Assembly: GCF_964188315.1 (NCBI RefSeq)
Contig: NC_135670.1
Coordinates: forward strand, 14,756,001 to 14,820,000
DNA: 64,000 bases
Direction: 5' to 3'
DNA from: Podarcis muralis
Taxonomy: Eukaryota
In this document: piece by piece, positions 17,139 to 31,106 of the stretch
Layout: the number at the start of each line of letters is the position of its first letter
Numbering within the stretch: position 1 is the first letter of the stretch
Translations under genes and position numbers: made by a program
The notes under the pieces: generated by a model
Database searches by the model: none
Told to the model about the DNA's origin: nothing
What the model saw: only the letters and a program-made list of their open reading frames with translations

Positions 17139-20100
17139 TTAGTACTGTTCCTCTCTGTAATCAATGGTGGCATAGTCCATGCTGAAGCGGGCAAGGAAGG
17201 CGGCAAAGTTCAGGGCTGGGCAGAAAGGAGAGGAAGGCATCAGTAATCATTTCAGTACAAACACTGCTTTTTCCCAATTGAAAGATGGACATCTGAAGTC
17301 TGACATCCTCCACACAACCTAGGCCAATGAGCTCTTTCACAGTTACTTGTGTGCTACAGATATGCAGGCCCATTGGGAATGTAGCGCTAAACCATGGTTT
17401 AGCTCTATGGTAATAAGCCATGGGCTAGCATATTTCCCCTTTCCCTCTCCGCTGGCATGGCTCCCATGAGGAAATTCGAAGTACCCACTTTCAAACTATT
17501 TAGAATTCCTTGCTGCTTCTCAGTTTGGCGGAACTCTGGTTAGCTTAAACTGTAACCTGAGAAGCTGCCTCATACAGTTAGGCCATTGATCCACCCAGCT
17601 GAGTACTGTCCCCGCTCCACTGATTTGTAATAGCTCTCCAGGGTTTCAGATGTGGGACTTTCCCAGCCCTACACAGAGATGCTTTTGAGGACTGAACCTG
17701 TAACCTTCTGCATGCGAGGCAGATGCCCTGACACTGAGCTGCAGCCCTCTCCTGGTTTGTTAATAAGCCAGGACCACAAACCAACAACTTGATAGTGGCA
17801 GCACCATAAACCATGGCTTTGATCCTACATTTCAAAGCAAAAGCAGAAGCTTCCAGTTTCTTCACTGCTTTAGCAGAGGAGACTCGTTCACAAACCACTA
17901 ACATCATGTGGAAAAGTACGTTGTGGCAGGGGACCTGAAAGCGCTGATGGAAAAAAGTGACTCCACTTCTCCAACGCACAATGGGGGTGGGAGGGACCCA
18001 CTGCTTTGAAGCAAGCAAGTTTATGCGTTTCTGGGTATGACAAAATGTGGAGTGGCTGACAGCAGCCTGGGAGGTCAGGGGAAGCCCTCACAGAAGTTGA
18101 GCCATTCAGTATGGAGTTTGGGCTAGGGGACTGGGTCTTATGTCTGGGAAGCATCAGGGAAAACCTTGCTACCCCAGGGCCAGAGTTGGCTTCTGCTGCG
18201 ACATGAGGCGGCACCTTCTCCTTTGCAGCAAATGTGACATTCCTAACTGGGCCCACCTCTTTCCACCACCGATAATCCCAGCTGAAGGCCCATCCCTCTA
18301 AGCTCTAGCCACACTCCTCCTCCTCCCAGGGTTGGGTTCTTTTGGAGGTGGCTGTTCCAACTTGGAGATGGGGACACGGTGAGTGGATTCCTTTTGTCCT
18401 GGTTCATTGGCTAGAGCTGGGGCAGGTTTTTCAGTGTGCATTTTTCTATGAGATCTATTTCATGAGCTTATTAGTAGAAATCAACAGATGCCAGTAAGTA
18501 TTAAGCACCCTTGGACGATGTTAGTGTTTTTTGCTTTGTTTACTAAATAAAAGCAAAATAAACCTGTTAAATTAAATCACTTTTTAGAGCCTCATAAAAC
18601 ATTATGATGGCAAAATAATAATAAAAACCCTGCTCTATGGAAATTGCCCTAATTTGCACAAAAGATTCCAATTCAATCTTTCCCAGAAAGCTCACATCAC
18701 TGGGCTTGAAGGGAGCCCCGGAATATGTGGTGGGTCCCCATCCCTCTAGTTCCCCAATTTGCCTTACCGAAGGATGTCATGGCAATGTACATCAGCACAT
18801 CGTCGTCTGCTTGTAAAGTGTAGATCGCTGCCAGCAGTGCCCAGTAGAAGCTGGTTGTATGTGAGGACTGCAGAAACCAAACAGAAGGAGCAGAAGTGAT
18901 TTGTCTTCAATGAAGGAAAAGTGGGAGAGGGGAATCATCTCTATACTCTGATGCACTTTTGTCTGGGGGATTAAGATGGAAGGGGGCAAATGGGACACTT
19001 TTCTAGATGCTTATTGCAAACCCCCGGTACATTTGTGGAAAAGTTAGCTTAGAATCCTAAACCACATACCCCAAATCTCTCCACATCCATTTAATCTGGA
19101 GTGAGTCTCAGCATGCTGGTCATATTCAAGAACTTTTTTCATTAACCTTCCTGGTTTTCTATTTGCAATGCTGAATGCAGATTCAGCAGTGCATAAAATT
19201 AAGTGCACCCATGACCACCAAGTCAGGATGTTTAAAACAGAGACAGGTAGAAGGAAGGGCAAGAACTACAGTGGGTGACTGGCAATATTTTATGTATTTA
19301 TTTTCTTAGCACTATTTTTATAGACTGCCCAATAGCAATAGAAACATTTAAGATATAAATAGTAAGGGCAAGAATATCTAATGAAGAGTAACAAAATTCC
19401 ACCAACAAAATTAAAAACATCTCAAACTCAAGTAGCACTAAGAATATTTTAAAACCGTTTTCAGGATTTAATTTTTGAAAGAGTTGATGGTGCTGGAAAT
19501 ACGACAAAGGAGCTTGTCTGTTTTGGCAGAGCAGTCTACAACTGAAGTGCTATCACTTCTAACTGACCATCTTATCCTCCTCAAATTTGTCTTGTCCCCT
19601 TTTAAAACTGTCCAGGTGTGTGCCATCACCTACATCTTATGGTAGTTAATTCTCTCATTCACCCGTAACATGAGAGCCAGTGTGGTGCACTGGCTAGAGT
19701 GCTGGACTAGAACCCTGGAGGCCAGGGTTCAAATCCCCCCTCAGCCAGTCACTTCCTCTCAGTCTAATCTACCTCACAAGATTGTTATGGGGGTTAAATG
19801 GCAAGAAGGAGAAGTGTGGATGCCACCCTGAGCTCCTGGGCTTCTCTTATTCAGTCTTCACTGGATGATCCCACTGGGTTCTTGTATTGCAGGAGAGAGA
19901 AACTCCTCTGTCCACTTTCTCTACATCATGTACAATTTGACACACCTCTATCATGTCCCTCTTCAGTGCTTTTAAACCTAAACTAAAAAAACTCAAGCAT
20001 AGTGACCTTTCCTCCTAGGGGAGTTGCTGCACGTCCCTGATCATTTAAGTTGCCCTACTCCACCTCTACAACAACCTTTTTGATAAACAGTGACTTTGAG

Positions 20101-20488
20101 ATTTGAAAACACAAATTAATGCCAATTATTTATGAAGGGACAGTGTGTCAATGTCCATCCTGATGGGTTTGGTACTTATGCACCAGAACTCATCCATTTT
20201 CTACAGTCGCAAGCACCACCAGGGAGTTTTTCTTGTGTAAGCCTCTTTGAAATGACTGCCTGCAAAATAGAGGAAATGTGTGAGAGAGACAGGGAGAGAG
20301 ATAGAGCTTTTTACCAATAGCACTACGGTAAAATGGAAGCTCATGAGGTCCCCCCTTTGGGAGACGAAGAAGTGATACAGGTCACCAATGAGAACACCTG
20401 TGTGAATGATGAGCATAAGGATAGAGCCAATGGTGTAGATGACTTTGCTTGGGAAGGTGATAGTTATGAATGGATCCTTCCAGCTCAT
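17139..20488 (-). CDS. TMEM262: TMEM262 / CatSper auxiliary subunit eta, 3 exons, 116 aa
   Basis: Exons complement(20315-20488, 18768-18867, 17139-17215) total 351 nt: MSWKDPF...DLMSFHFTVVLL | SSHTTSFYWALLAAIYTLQADDDVLMYIAMTSF | ALNFAAFLARFSMDYATIDYREEQY*. Matches the recalled human motifs MSFHYTVVL and EYREEHH, the 3-TM layout, and the position between ZFPL1 and VPS51. AATAAA on the minus strand at 16985-16990. Confidence 0.9.
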
Positions 20489-20947
20489 CCTCTCTATGCC
20501 CCTCTGCAGTTGGCTGCTTCATTGATTTAGAACCCTGAGGAAGGCAACGCGCATTCAGACAGCCCAGCCTCTGACAGATGCAGATCCTGGCCTGCTGAAG
20601 TCATAGAGGCCCAGAGGTTCCAGAACTCTTGGCCTGGGAAAAGGCAGCCACGGGCAAGAGAGTGTTGGGGTGCAGCAACAAGTTGAGGAAGAATAAGGAA
20701 GAGGGGGTGGGCAACCTTGCAAAGTCCCAGGAAGCTGGAATCCTTGACCCCAGCAAACTCTCAGCATGCCAGGCTGCTTTCCTCAAGCCTCACTTTCCAG
20801 ACGATGGGCAGAACCTTCCTCCACATCATACAATGCGGGGTGGGTCTCTGGCACTAGGGCAGGCTGACCCCTAACCCTTTCGTGACCAGGCAGCACCTCC
20901 TCTTCCCCTCCCTCCATGCACAGAAGCCGAGATCTGACTTCAATGTA

Positions 20948-21174
20948 CAGTGGTACCTCGGGTTAAGTACTTAATTCGTTCTGGAAGTCTGTTCTCAACC
21001 TGAAACTGTTCTTAACCTGAAGCACCACTTTAGCTAATGGGGGCCTCCTGCTGCCGCTGCGCCGCCGGAGCACGATTTCTGTTCTCATCCTGAAGCAAAG
21101 TTCTTAACCTGAGGTACTATTTCTGGGTTAGCAGAGTCTGTAACCTGAAGCGTATGTAACCCGAGGTACCACTG
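20948..21174. mobile_element. Tigger-like MITE, copy 1 of 6
   Basis: TA|CAGTGGTACCTCGGGTTA ... TAACCCGAGGTACCACTG|TA. Confidence 0.9.
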
Positions 21175-21449
21175 TACCTGCCTCAGTGCCCCTGGGGGAG
21201 GTTAGTTCCCTTGGGGGAGAGTGAAGAGTATGCTCCTTAAGGGGGGGGGACCCCGAGACCCTGCCAGTCCCCCCTTCCGAGTCCTGTTCAGTGGAAGGGG
21301 GCCTCCCGGGGGGCGAGAGAAGCGTTTTCAAGGGGTTGTCCCTGTGTTGCTAGGCTGGGCGCTCCCTGTGTGCCTCAGAGGGTGGGTGGGGGGGGGTTTG
21401 GGGGGAGGCTCCCCCCTCTTTTCCAGGGGCCGGCCTGGGAAGCAGCCGA

Positions 21450-21721
21450 GCGCTGACAACGTCGCCAGGCAGCGGTAGGGTTGCTTTTTCCCTTAAGCAG
21501 CTGCAGCAGCTGGAGGAAGAGCCGGAAGCGGAAGCGCTTCAACAAAACTTTATTGAGCGCCCGGTCTCCATAGAGACGGGAAGGCCTTCCCTGCGCCCTG
21601 TCGCAACAAAACTTTATTATTCCCGGAAGTGGAAGTTGCTGTTGACCGTTGCCGCCCTCCCCTCTCCGGTCTCCCCAGCCTCCCCCCAACCCCCACCCCA
21701 CGGCCAAACAGGCAGCGGGTC
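21450..21721 (+). promoter_or_regulatory. VPS51 CpG-island promoter
   Basis: Tandem ETS cores (ccggaagcggaagc near 21522; ccggaagtggaagt near 21623) in GC-rich DNA directly upstream of the ATG. Confidence 0.65.
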
Positions 21722-24700
21722 ATGTCGGCGCCTCAGGCGGAGCGGGGCCCCGAGGGCGCGGGCGGCAAGCGGAGGCCGCACGGGATGCTGAAGCTCTACT
21801 ACGGGCTGCCGGACCCGTCTGGGGAGGCCTTGGCGGGATCGGCCAGGGGGGATCTCGGGGGCCCCACCGACATCAACGGTCCCCACTTCGACCCGGAAGT
21901 CTTCCTCACCAAGGTGAGGGGGGGCACGGACGGGCAGATACACCCTCCGCGCCTAGCAACACCCTGCCCACTGGCGAGGTCTCCATGGCAACCTTCTCTG
22001 GGCTGGCTCCACCGTCCCGTGTCGAGCTGGCCCGTCCCCAAAACTCACTTCTTCCGGGAAATGCTGCTTTGCTTTCCCAAAATGCTGAACAGCTTGAGCT
22101 GAGTGTCTCTGGGCATGAGCAGAGTGCCTTTTGCCTCGAAGGGTTAGCATGTTCACAGATCCAGATTTCACTCAAAAGATCTCAGGGTTCCTCATGGTGA
22201 AGGGAGTCGTCTATTATTACTGAAGCATTGGATCTGAGAACAGAGTGCCTCTGGTAATCTGCAGAGTGCCATCTCCAAAGGATGCCAGACCTGGTGTGGT
22301 GTTGTGGTAAAGAGACTAAGCTATTAATCAGCAAGGCCATAAGAGGATAAGGAGAGCATAAGGCCACTGGCCCATCTAGTCCTATTCTCACAGTGGCCAA
22401 CCAAAGGGAAGCCCCCAAGCAGGATCTGGGCTGATAGGCTTATCCTCCCCTGTTTTGGCTCTCATTTCCACCCTGAATTCACTATGAGCCCGGTTTGGAA
22501 CCAGGAAGGGCGGGGTATAAATAAAAATGTATTATTTTTATTATTATGTGTTCCTTGGTGTTGGCAAGCCACTCCCTCAGCCTCTGTCTCCCCAACTGCA
22601 ATATTGGGGAGTAAAAAAATAATAATCTCCTTTAAAAAAAACGAATAACCCAAACAAGCATGCATAACGGCAGTGTATTGCATTTCACTTGCAGCAGCTC
22701 AGTCACCTATTGACCTGCCTTATCCAGAAGTCAGACTCTTGCTCTGTTTAGCCCAGATCTTAGCCCTGCAGCTGGTGATCCTTTTGAATCTAAGGCCTTC
22801 TGTACACAAAGCAAGGGCTCAATGATTAAACTGGGTGGGGGTGGGGGTGGGGGTGGAGGAGTGTTCACAAGGATAGCCAGAGGTGCATTGGCCAAGTTCA
22901 GTTCAGCACCCACCTCTGTTGTGTGTGACAGCTGCGAAAAGAATGCCCCCTGGCCCAGCTGATGGACTGCGAGACAGACATGGTGAAGCAGATCCGATCC
23001 TTGGACAGTGACATGCAGACTCTAGTCTATGAAAATTACAACAAATTCATCTCGGCCACAGGTAACTGGGAGGCTTGTGGGGGGGGGTCATGGAAAGTTA
23101 TATTTGTGGTTCACCTCCCTCTTCCAGTTTATTATTATTTAGATCAGGTGTGGGAAACCTGCAACCCACAGAACTTCCCCACTCAGCCTTCAGCTTAAAC
23201 AGACAGCTTCTGTTAGTGCCAATGGAAGAAAATGCTTTTGAAGCAGACTCTTCCTAACATTCTCACGTTCCATTCTTCAGACACAATCCGTAAGATGAAG
23301 AATGACTTCAAGAAGATGGAGGATGAGATGGACTGCTTGGCAGCAAACATGGCCGTCATCACGGAGTTCAGTGCGAGCATCAGCAGCACCTTGCAGGATC
23401 AACATGAGCAGATCACCAAACTTTCTGGTGCGATACCTCTTCTCTGATTGCTGCTAATGTGCGACAAGGGTGTCAGGAGCCCGTCAGAGCTGATGGGGAG
23501 GGGGCACCAGTTCAGTGGCAGAACATCCACTTTGCATGTCGGAGGCTACCTGTTTAATCCCCAGCATCTCCAGGAGGAGCTTGTTGAGTGCTGGAAGGTG
23601 GGGTGGCACCAGCTGGGGTTTGGGGCTGCAAAGCAGCTTGCCTGCCCTGCTCTGACTTCCTCCCTCTCTCTTGACCCCAGGTGTTCACGCGCTCCTACGC
23701 AAGCTGCAGTTCCTGTTTGAGCTGCCAGCCCGCCTGACCAAATGTGTGGAGATGGAGGCTTACGGGCAGGCTGTGCGATACTATAGCAAGGCCCGCTCCA
23801 TCCTCCACCAGTACCAACACATGCCCTCCTTCCGGGGCATCCAGGATGACTGCCAGAAGATCATGGCTGACCTCGCTCAGAAGCTGCGCGAGAAATTCAG
23901 GTAGGCAACAGAAGACATCAGGGGAGCTGTTGCACTTGACTGTTTGCTACAAATGGGGCTGTGTTTGGGGAGTTCTTGGGGACTGAAGTAGAGGAGGCTG
24001 TGAGCCAGAAGACCCGGCAAAGAAGGGTGGCTGCTCTGTGATTCTGCTGTACAAATTTAGATTAGCTTAGCTGTCATGGTTTCCATTCGAGGAATCCTGA
24101 AGTTGGATTCCCCAGAGTCCTACAGTTCCCTGGGGGGAGAGAATGGCTGCAGGGAGCCAATGTGGTGCCAGAGTTGGAGTGCCTAACGAGGAGCTGGGGT
24201 TCAGGTACACCACCACCCTGCTCAATGCAGCCCTGAAGCATGATGGGCATACTGGCCCCCCTCACTATCTCTCAGCCTAACCTACCTTGTAGGATCGTTG
24301 TGAGCCAGCGTGGTGTAGTGGTTAAGAGTGGTAGACTCGTAATCTGGTGAACCGGGTTTGTGTCTCCACTCCTCCACATGCAGCTGCTGGGTGACCTTGG
24401 GCTAGTCACACTTCTCTGAAGTCTCTCAGCCCCACTCATCTCACAGAGTGTTTGTTGTGCGGGAGGAAGGGAAAGGAGATTGTTAGCCGCTTTGAGACTC
24501 CTTCGGGTAGTGATAAAGTGGGATATCAAATCCAAACACCACCACTACTACTACTTCTTCTTCTTCTTTATGAAATTTCTGGGGGATAATCTTCTGTGTC
24601 ACCCTGGACTCTTGGGAGGAAGGGTGGGATGAAAATGTCACTTAAGAGGAGGAGCCAATTTAAAATCTGCAGCTCAGCCCTCAGAGCCTTCCTTCCTGCC

Positions 24701-27700
24701 TCCTCAGGGATGGGGGCTCTTGCGCCAAGGACTTAGCGGAGTGCGTGGAGCTGCTGCTGCAGCTGGGCGAGCCTGCCGAGGAGCTGTGCGACGAGTTCCT
24801 CTCTCACGCCTGCTGCCGCCTGGAAGCTGAGCTGCGAGCCCTGGAGGCGGAGCTGGGCGAGGGGCAGCTGGCCACCCCGGCCACCGATATCCTGGAGTTC
24901 ACCGACCGCGGCTGCAACAACTTTGTCAGCAACATGTGCCTGGTGATTGCCTCATACCAAGAGCTGTTTGTCAGCCGGGAGGGGGCCCGTGAGATTGCCA
25001 GCATGGCCCACGACAAGCTGGTGGCCTTTGTGGACGGCCTGATGGAGCGCTACTTCGCCCTGGTGGAGAGGCGCATCCAGCTGGAGCGGGGCGTGGGCGA
25101 TAACTCCCTGCTGGTGCGGGCCCTGGACCGCTTCCACCGCCGCTTGCAGGCTTTGGTCAAGCTCTTGCCCGCCTCGCGGTCAGCGGCGGAGGGCACAGAA
25201 ATCGTGGTGCGGGCAGCCAAGGAGCGCATCCGCCAGTACCTACAGGCACTGCAGAGCTTTTACCTGGACTGCTTGACGGACGTGCGCCAGTCCTTGGCCG
25301 CCCCTCGGCTCATGGGGAAGGACAGCCCCAACCTGGCAGAGCTGCTGGCCACCATCTCAGCCTCCATCCTCAACCAGATCAAGTCTGTGCTCACCTACGT
25401 CCACCTCTTCACTGCCAAGGACATCACTTTCTCTAACAAGCCTTATTTCAAGGTAAGGAGAGAGAGAAAGAGATTTTGTTAGACTTCTCAGAGAGAAAGT
25501 TGCTTGCTGGAGCCCAGAGACTTGATACATTGCAAGAAATAAAAATGCGCATATGTAGAATTACATAAGGTAACCCATGGTGATACAAATTGTATGAGAG
25601 CCAAACCCTCTGTAGGCTTCACAACAAGACCCTTCCACTGCCACCAGAATCCCCATAAGAAACTCCTCCTTGGGTCCTGCTTTTGTAGGATGGACCTCTC
25701 TGATTGTGGGAGAAGCACCCCAGGATATCTCCCTTCCAGGGGTTAAGGCAGAGCTGGGTGTACCCAGCCTCTGTCTCTTTAGTTTACATTTTGGGATATG
25801 CAGCTGCCAGCCTGAAGCCTCTGCCTGCTCTGCGATGGGGCCCCATAGCTGCTAGTCCTCATGAATCCCTTCTCATTATGCCCCTCAGCCACTTGCATCT
25901 CTGAAAGATCCCTGCATTGCTGGGAGTTGGACTAATGACCTTTGGGGTCCCTTCCAGCCATACAATTCTATGAAATGTCTGAAATGAGGTTAGGGCTCCT
26001 TAACCCTTCTTCCCCAATGTGAACAGCCGTAGTGGCTTCCTGACAGTTCAGCAGCTGGTGGCCCCGTACTTGAACTGCCCCACATAGCTCCAGTCCTGCT
26101 ATGTGATTTCTCTCTTAAGAAAAGCAAAGGCTCAAAGCTTTCTCACCGCCTATGAGCAATGGGCTTTGCCAGCATCCTCCACTTCAGGCATCCCTCCCAT
26201 TTGTCAGTGTTCCTGCTGACCCAGTGAGTGGTTGAGGGACCCGAGGGGCGAACTCTGGCAGAGCCTCTGTCCCTGTTCTTGCAGGAGAAGGAAGGGTTAA
26301 AGAGCCCACCAACTCCCTTCAGTGCTGGCCCTGGAATCAAACTGTGGCTCATGTCAAGGCTGGGTGGCTGAGACTTTTTGCTGCGATGCCTCTAACTTTC
26401 CTCTGTGCCTCTCCTTGCTTTTTCCTAGGGGGAATTCTGCAGCCAGGGTGTCCGCGAAGGCCTCATTGTCAGCTTCATCAAGTCCATCTGCCAGACAGCC
26501 CGGCAGTTCTGTGAGAGCACTGGCGACAAGGGGGGCTCCACGCCCCCCACCCTGCTGCTGCTCCTCTCCCGCCTCTGCCTGGACTACGAGACCTCCACCA
26601 TCAGCTACATCCTCACTTTGACAGATGAACAGTTTCTGGTGCAGGTGTGTCACACGTGGGAAGAGAGGATGCTGGGAGTCATTTCAGGCTTGGGAGATTT
26701 AAATGGCTAGATTGGGGGGCAGAAGGGGGCTGTGCTTCCTTTCCTCTGCTCAGAACCGAGCTCATTGAGATCTGAATAAGGCCTCAGCTGTGCCATTATT
26801 CCACACAACTATGGAACAAACATAGGGCTTTGTTCCTTCTTTATATATACAAAGAAGCACATTTTAGACCTGCCAGTTTACTTTTAGAAGCCAACTACCA
26901 AACAAGAAGGGGGGGGAAGCATTACGCAAGCTCCGTAAACAGGTCTTTTAAAAAAACATATATAACATAATATTTAATGAAATAGCGGAAGCCAGAACTG
27001 TACATACTGTCCCATTTGCATCATCTCTCTCTGTGTGTGGCAGAGCTTGCTGATTTCCTTATTGCAGAATATGGGGATTGCAGTATGTGTGACTCACAGA
27101 ACTTTCTCAGCCAAGGGGCAGCCCCAAACGAGAAATCCTGGCTAGCTTGCTCCTGGCTTTTGGAGGGGTCCTTCCCTGTTGAGCATGTTGCTTGGTGTGT
27201 TCAGGTGTGGGGTGGAGGTGGGGTCCCCCCCATATCACAGGGCCAGAGTCTCTTTCAAGGGAAGTCATCTTATGCAGAGTCAATACTATTTATTAGAAAT
27301 GCATTAGAATTGGGTTTTGTCACTTTGGAAGAAGCTTGAAATGTAAGTATTGTGGCCCCTGCATTCCACATGTGTTGGCTGAGAATGAAATGTGTTAACT
27401 CCATTTATGGCTCTGGTCCTCTGTGCCGCTTCTTTGGTGACTGTGTCGATTAGCTTTCCAGTTGCTCCTCAGTCTTTCGGTCACTGCATAGGGCGCACCT
27501 GCTGCTTCCCCACCACCCCAGGAAACCCCTACATTTCTCGCCTCCTATAAAACATATACCGTATTTCATTTCTCCAGATGCAGTTCAGAAAGATGTAAAT
27601 CTCAAACCATTCAGAAACCAGCAAAGCCTATCCAAATATAGCCTGTTTAGTATTGGTATGGTGTAGCAGTTAACAGCGTGAGCTTTGAGCCAGGAAGTCC

Positions 27701-30700
27701 CTGGTTCAAATCCTGTCTCTTCTGGGAGCCTGTTGGATGACATTGGGCAAGCCAGTCCCTCTCAGCTTTTCCCACCCTCCACCTCCAGTTTTGTTCTTAG
27801 CGGACTGGCCTGCCTTGTGGCGAGGCCTCTTTATGTATCTAAAAGCCCCTTGAGTTTTCCAGAGCCCCACATCAAGCTGCCAAGTGTGCCACCCTTTTCA
27901 TCCTCCTCCTGCTCTGCTTTGCCTCTGGACCAGGACCACTCTCCCGTCACCCCTGTCACTGGCTTGTGTGCTGAAGCCCGGGAAGCCGCCCAGAAGCTGC
28001 TGAACCACTACGTGAAGGTGCAAGGCCTGGTCATCTCTCAGATGCTGCGCAAAAGCGTCGAGACGCGGGATTGGATCACCACCATTGAACCACGCAATGT
28101 CCGTGCTGTCATGAAGCGTGTGGTGGAGGATGCCACCTCCATTGATGTTCAAGTGAGTGGAGGGGGGGGGATTTCAGAAAACCACCCGGTTCCAGCTTCT
28201 TACCTTGCCTGTAAATGGAAAAGTCAGCTATAGGGTAAGATAGGGCACCATATGAGGAAGAAGGGGTTGGAATTTGGGGGTTTGTTCCTTTTTATCTATT
28301 TGTTTATTTATAATGATACCATGAAAATACCAGTTTCCAGTGTATCTATACGGAAAGCACATTAAAATTTAAAATCGGCTAATCGTCATGGAAAATGTAT
28401 TCTTAACAGGCTAAATAGGTTTGGCAGAATAGAAAAATTTTCAGCAAGCGTTGGCACAGAAGGCATCTGTTGAATCTCTAGTGGTGGAGCGTTCCACAGG
28501 ACTGGGCCAATGACACCAAAGGCTCTTTTTTTTGTTGATGTCAAATGAGCCTCACCAACTCGGGGAACGACCAGCGATGCTCCTGCAGATGTTCTCAGTA
28601 ATTGAGCTGAGATAGAAGAGCTTTGTCGGTCCCTGAGGCACCCTGGACCTAAGTTGGTCAGGGCTCTGTAAATTAATACAAATAGTAAATGGGCAGCCAG
28701 TGCAGCTGTTTTGACAGTGGTGTCATATGCTGCTTGTTACAGGGTAGGCGTGGGGTGCCAGGGGTCCTCACTTGAAAGAGGGTGAACCTGTGCAGAGGCT
28801 CCCTCTCCATTCGAGTAACTGCCTCACACGTTAATCTCCCCACGCAGGTTGGGCTTCTCTATGAGGAAGGTGTGCGCAAAGCCCAGAGCAGTGACTCCAG
28901 CAAAAGAACCTTCTCCGTCTACAGCAGCTCCCGGCAGCAGAGCCGCTACGCGCCAAGTTACACGCCCAGGTGAGCTGGGGAGGCAGGCCCTGTCCTTCCT
29001 GCTGGACGGGGAGTTTGAATCATCCCTAAATCATAAAGGAGCAGGCGGGGCACTGTGTGTATGTAATGCAACCTTGCAAATTGGCCCCTAAGAGTTTCTG
29101 GTTCGCAAGAATTGATGCTGGCTTGCCTGCCATGGATATCTCGCATAGTTATTGTGTGCCACAGGCCTGGGTGGAGGGAAAGAGATGTCCATCCAAACCC
29201 CTCTCCAGCAAGGCAGTTCAGGGGTCGGGGATGGTGTGCTAATCTCTTGGGCACGGCCCTTAGCCCCACAAGCAGTCAGCCACTCTGTGTGAGCCTCATC
29301 TCTTCTCTTCTCTCCCCAAGCGCTCCCATGGATACCAACCTGCTGAGCAATATCCAGAAGCTTTTCTCTGAGCGCATCGACATCTTCAGCCCTGCGGAGT
29401 TCAACAAGGTGAGGAGCCTGCAGTGGCCTGCTCTGTTGTGCTTCCTCCTGCCAAAGCACGTGAGGTTGGTGGCCTCTCTACAGGGGTGCCTGGATCTGCC
29501 TCTTGGGGAGATGTGCATGCACCCCACAGGGAGAGAGGAGCCATTGCCCTTGCCAACAGATGATGGGACTGATCTCTAGAAAGGGTAGCAGGTTCCTTTT
29601 CTTTGGTTATTGCTAGATATATATGTATATATCTTTCACTAGGGCTGCAGTTGCAGCCTGAACCTCATTCGATTACACCACTCAGATCAGGAGAGAACCG
29701 TAATTTTCTCAATATGTAGGGGAGGCGTCCGTTTGGGTTCTCCCTCTCAGTGTTAAAGGCTAATAGTTCACGGAGCTCCAATCTGCTTCTCCCCTCCCAA
29801 AATGCCTGATTCTCAGCGGAGCCCAGAATCAGAGCTTGTGGTCATCTTGGCACCTTTGCTGAATGAATCACCCGCCCTCTTTCAGTTTCTGAGCACCGTT
29901 TGGCTGCCACCAGGACAGAGGTGAATCAAGCCTTTATTAAGAAGCTTGTGATGAACATCCATGATGAAGGTCCTTAGTAAGACCTGGCCAGGATGGATGG
30001 TTAAGCTTGGCTGGTAAGAGAAGCCACATAAGTGCCTTTACTCTTGGGTCTTAGGTGTTCCCCTCTCTATTAGTTTTTTCTGTTTGTAATCATCAAAATT
30101 GACACAGCAATGTGTGATTGGGGCAGGAGGGCGAAGCCACAGGCAATGGCATTTGCCTGTTTTGTTGGCACTCTTAGGCCAAGTAGGTTGCAGAACATTA
30201 CCAATAAAGCAAGTGCAATTTAAATGAAAATCATAGAATAAAAACACAAAACGGCCATGCAAGGGGAAGGGAGGCACCCATTGACTTAACCAAAGGCCTG
30301 GCTGAAGAGAGGCATACTGAGCAGTTGTCCAAAACCATACAATGATTTCAGTGAGCACTTCCGGGGGAAAGTATCAGGAAAATATCTGTTGGGCAGATTT
30401 TTGGATCTTCAGTCTGCTGTCCATTTTTTAATCCTTTTCATCGTCTTCTTCCACTCAGGTCTCTGTGCTTACCGGCATCATCAAGATCAGCCTGAAGACG
30501 TTCCTGGAGTGTGTCCGCCTGCGAACTTTTGGCCGCTTTGGCCTGCAGCAGATCCAGGTGGACTGTTACTACCTGCAACTCTATCTGTGGCGCTTTGTCT
30601 CTGATGAGAACCTGGTGCACTTCCTGCTGGATGAGATTGTGGGCAGCACAGCCCACCGCTGCCTTGACCCCGTGCCCATGGAGCAGAGTGTCATTGAAGT

Positions 30701-30719
30701 CATCTGTGAGCGCGGCTAG
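21722..30719 (+). CDS. VPS51: GARP/EARP complex subunit VPS51, 10 exons, 779 aa
   Basis: Exons 21722-21913, 22932-23061, 23281-23427, 23681-23900, 24708-25452, 26429-26644, 27934-28152, 28848-28969, 29321-29408, 30459-30719 (2340 nt), all GT-AG and in phase. Motifs [42 protein letters not shown]-terminal [22 protein letters not shown] near 30845. Confidence 0.97.
24302..24570 (+). mobile_element. tRNA-derived squamate SINE (Squam3-like) with microsatellite tail
   Basis: A-box-like GTGGTGTAGTGGTTAAGAG head, a degenerate B box, and a (CAC)(TAC)(TTC) tail. The family name is tentative. Confidence 0.7.
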
Positions 30720-31106
30720 GGCACGAGGAGGGGGCTGGACCGGGGGGAAGGGCAGCTATGTGTCTGCACTCTTGTTCCCTGCCAGGTAGGGGGAGAACGG
30801 GAATGTCTGGCAGGTGAGACCTCAAAATATGTCAATGTGGTTGTAATAAATAAAGAATAACTTAAACCGTATTCACTGGTGAAGGCTATTTTGTTTCCGC
30901 AGCAGCCAGGAAACTGTAGCTCTGGATAAAATTAGACCGTGTCAGTTGCTCCTTTTTGCATGATTTCACGAGAGCATGAGAAAAGTCCTGCAGCAGCAGC
31001 TGGGACAGGCCAAAGGCTCATCCAGTCCAGCATCCTGTCTCTGTGGCCAACCAGATTTGTTCATTATTGTTATTCAATTTATATCCTACCTCCTTCCAAG
31101 GAGCTC

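Noticed and set aside
22833-22858. G-run tract able to form a G-quadruplex in VPS51 intron 1
   Set aside because: Such tracts are frequent throughout this window and nothing indicates a specific role.
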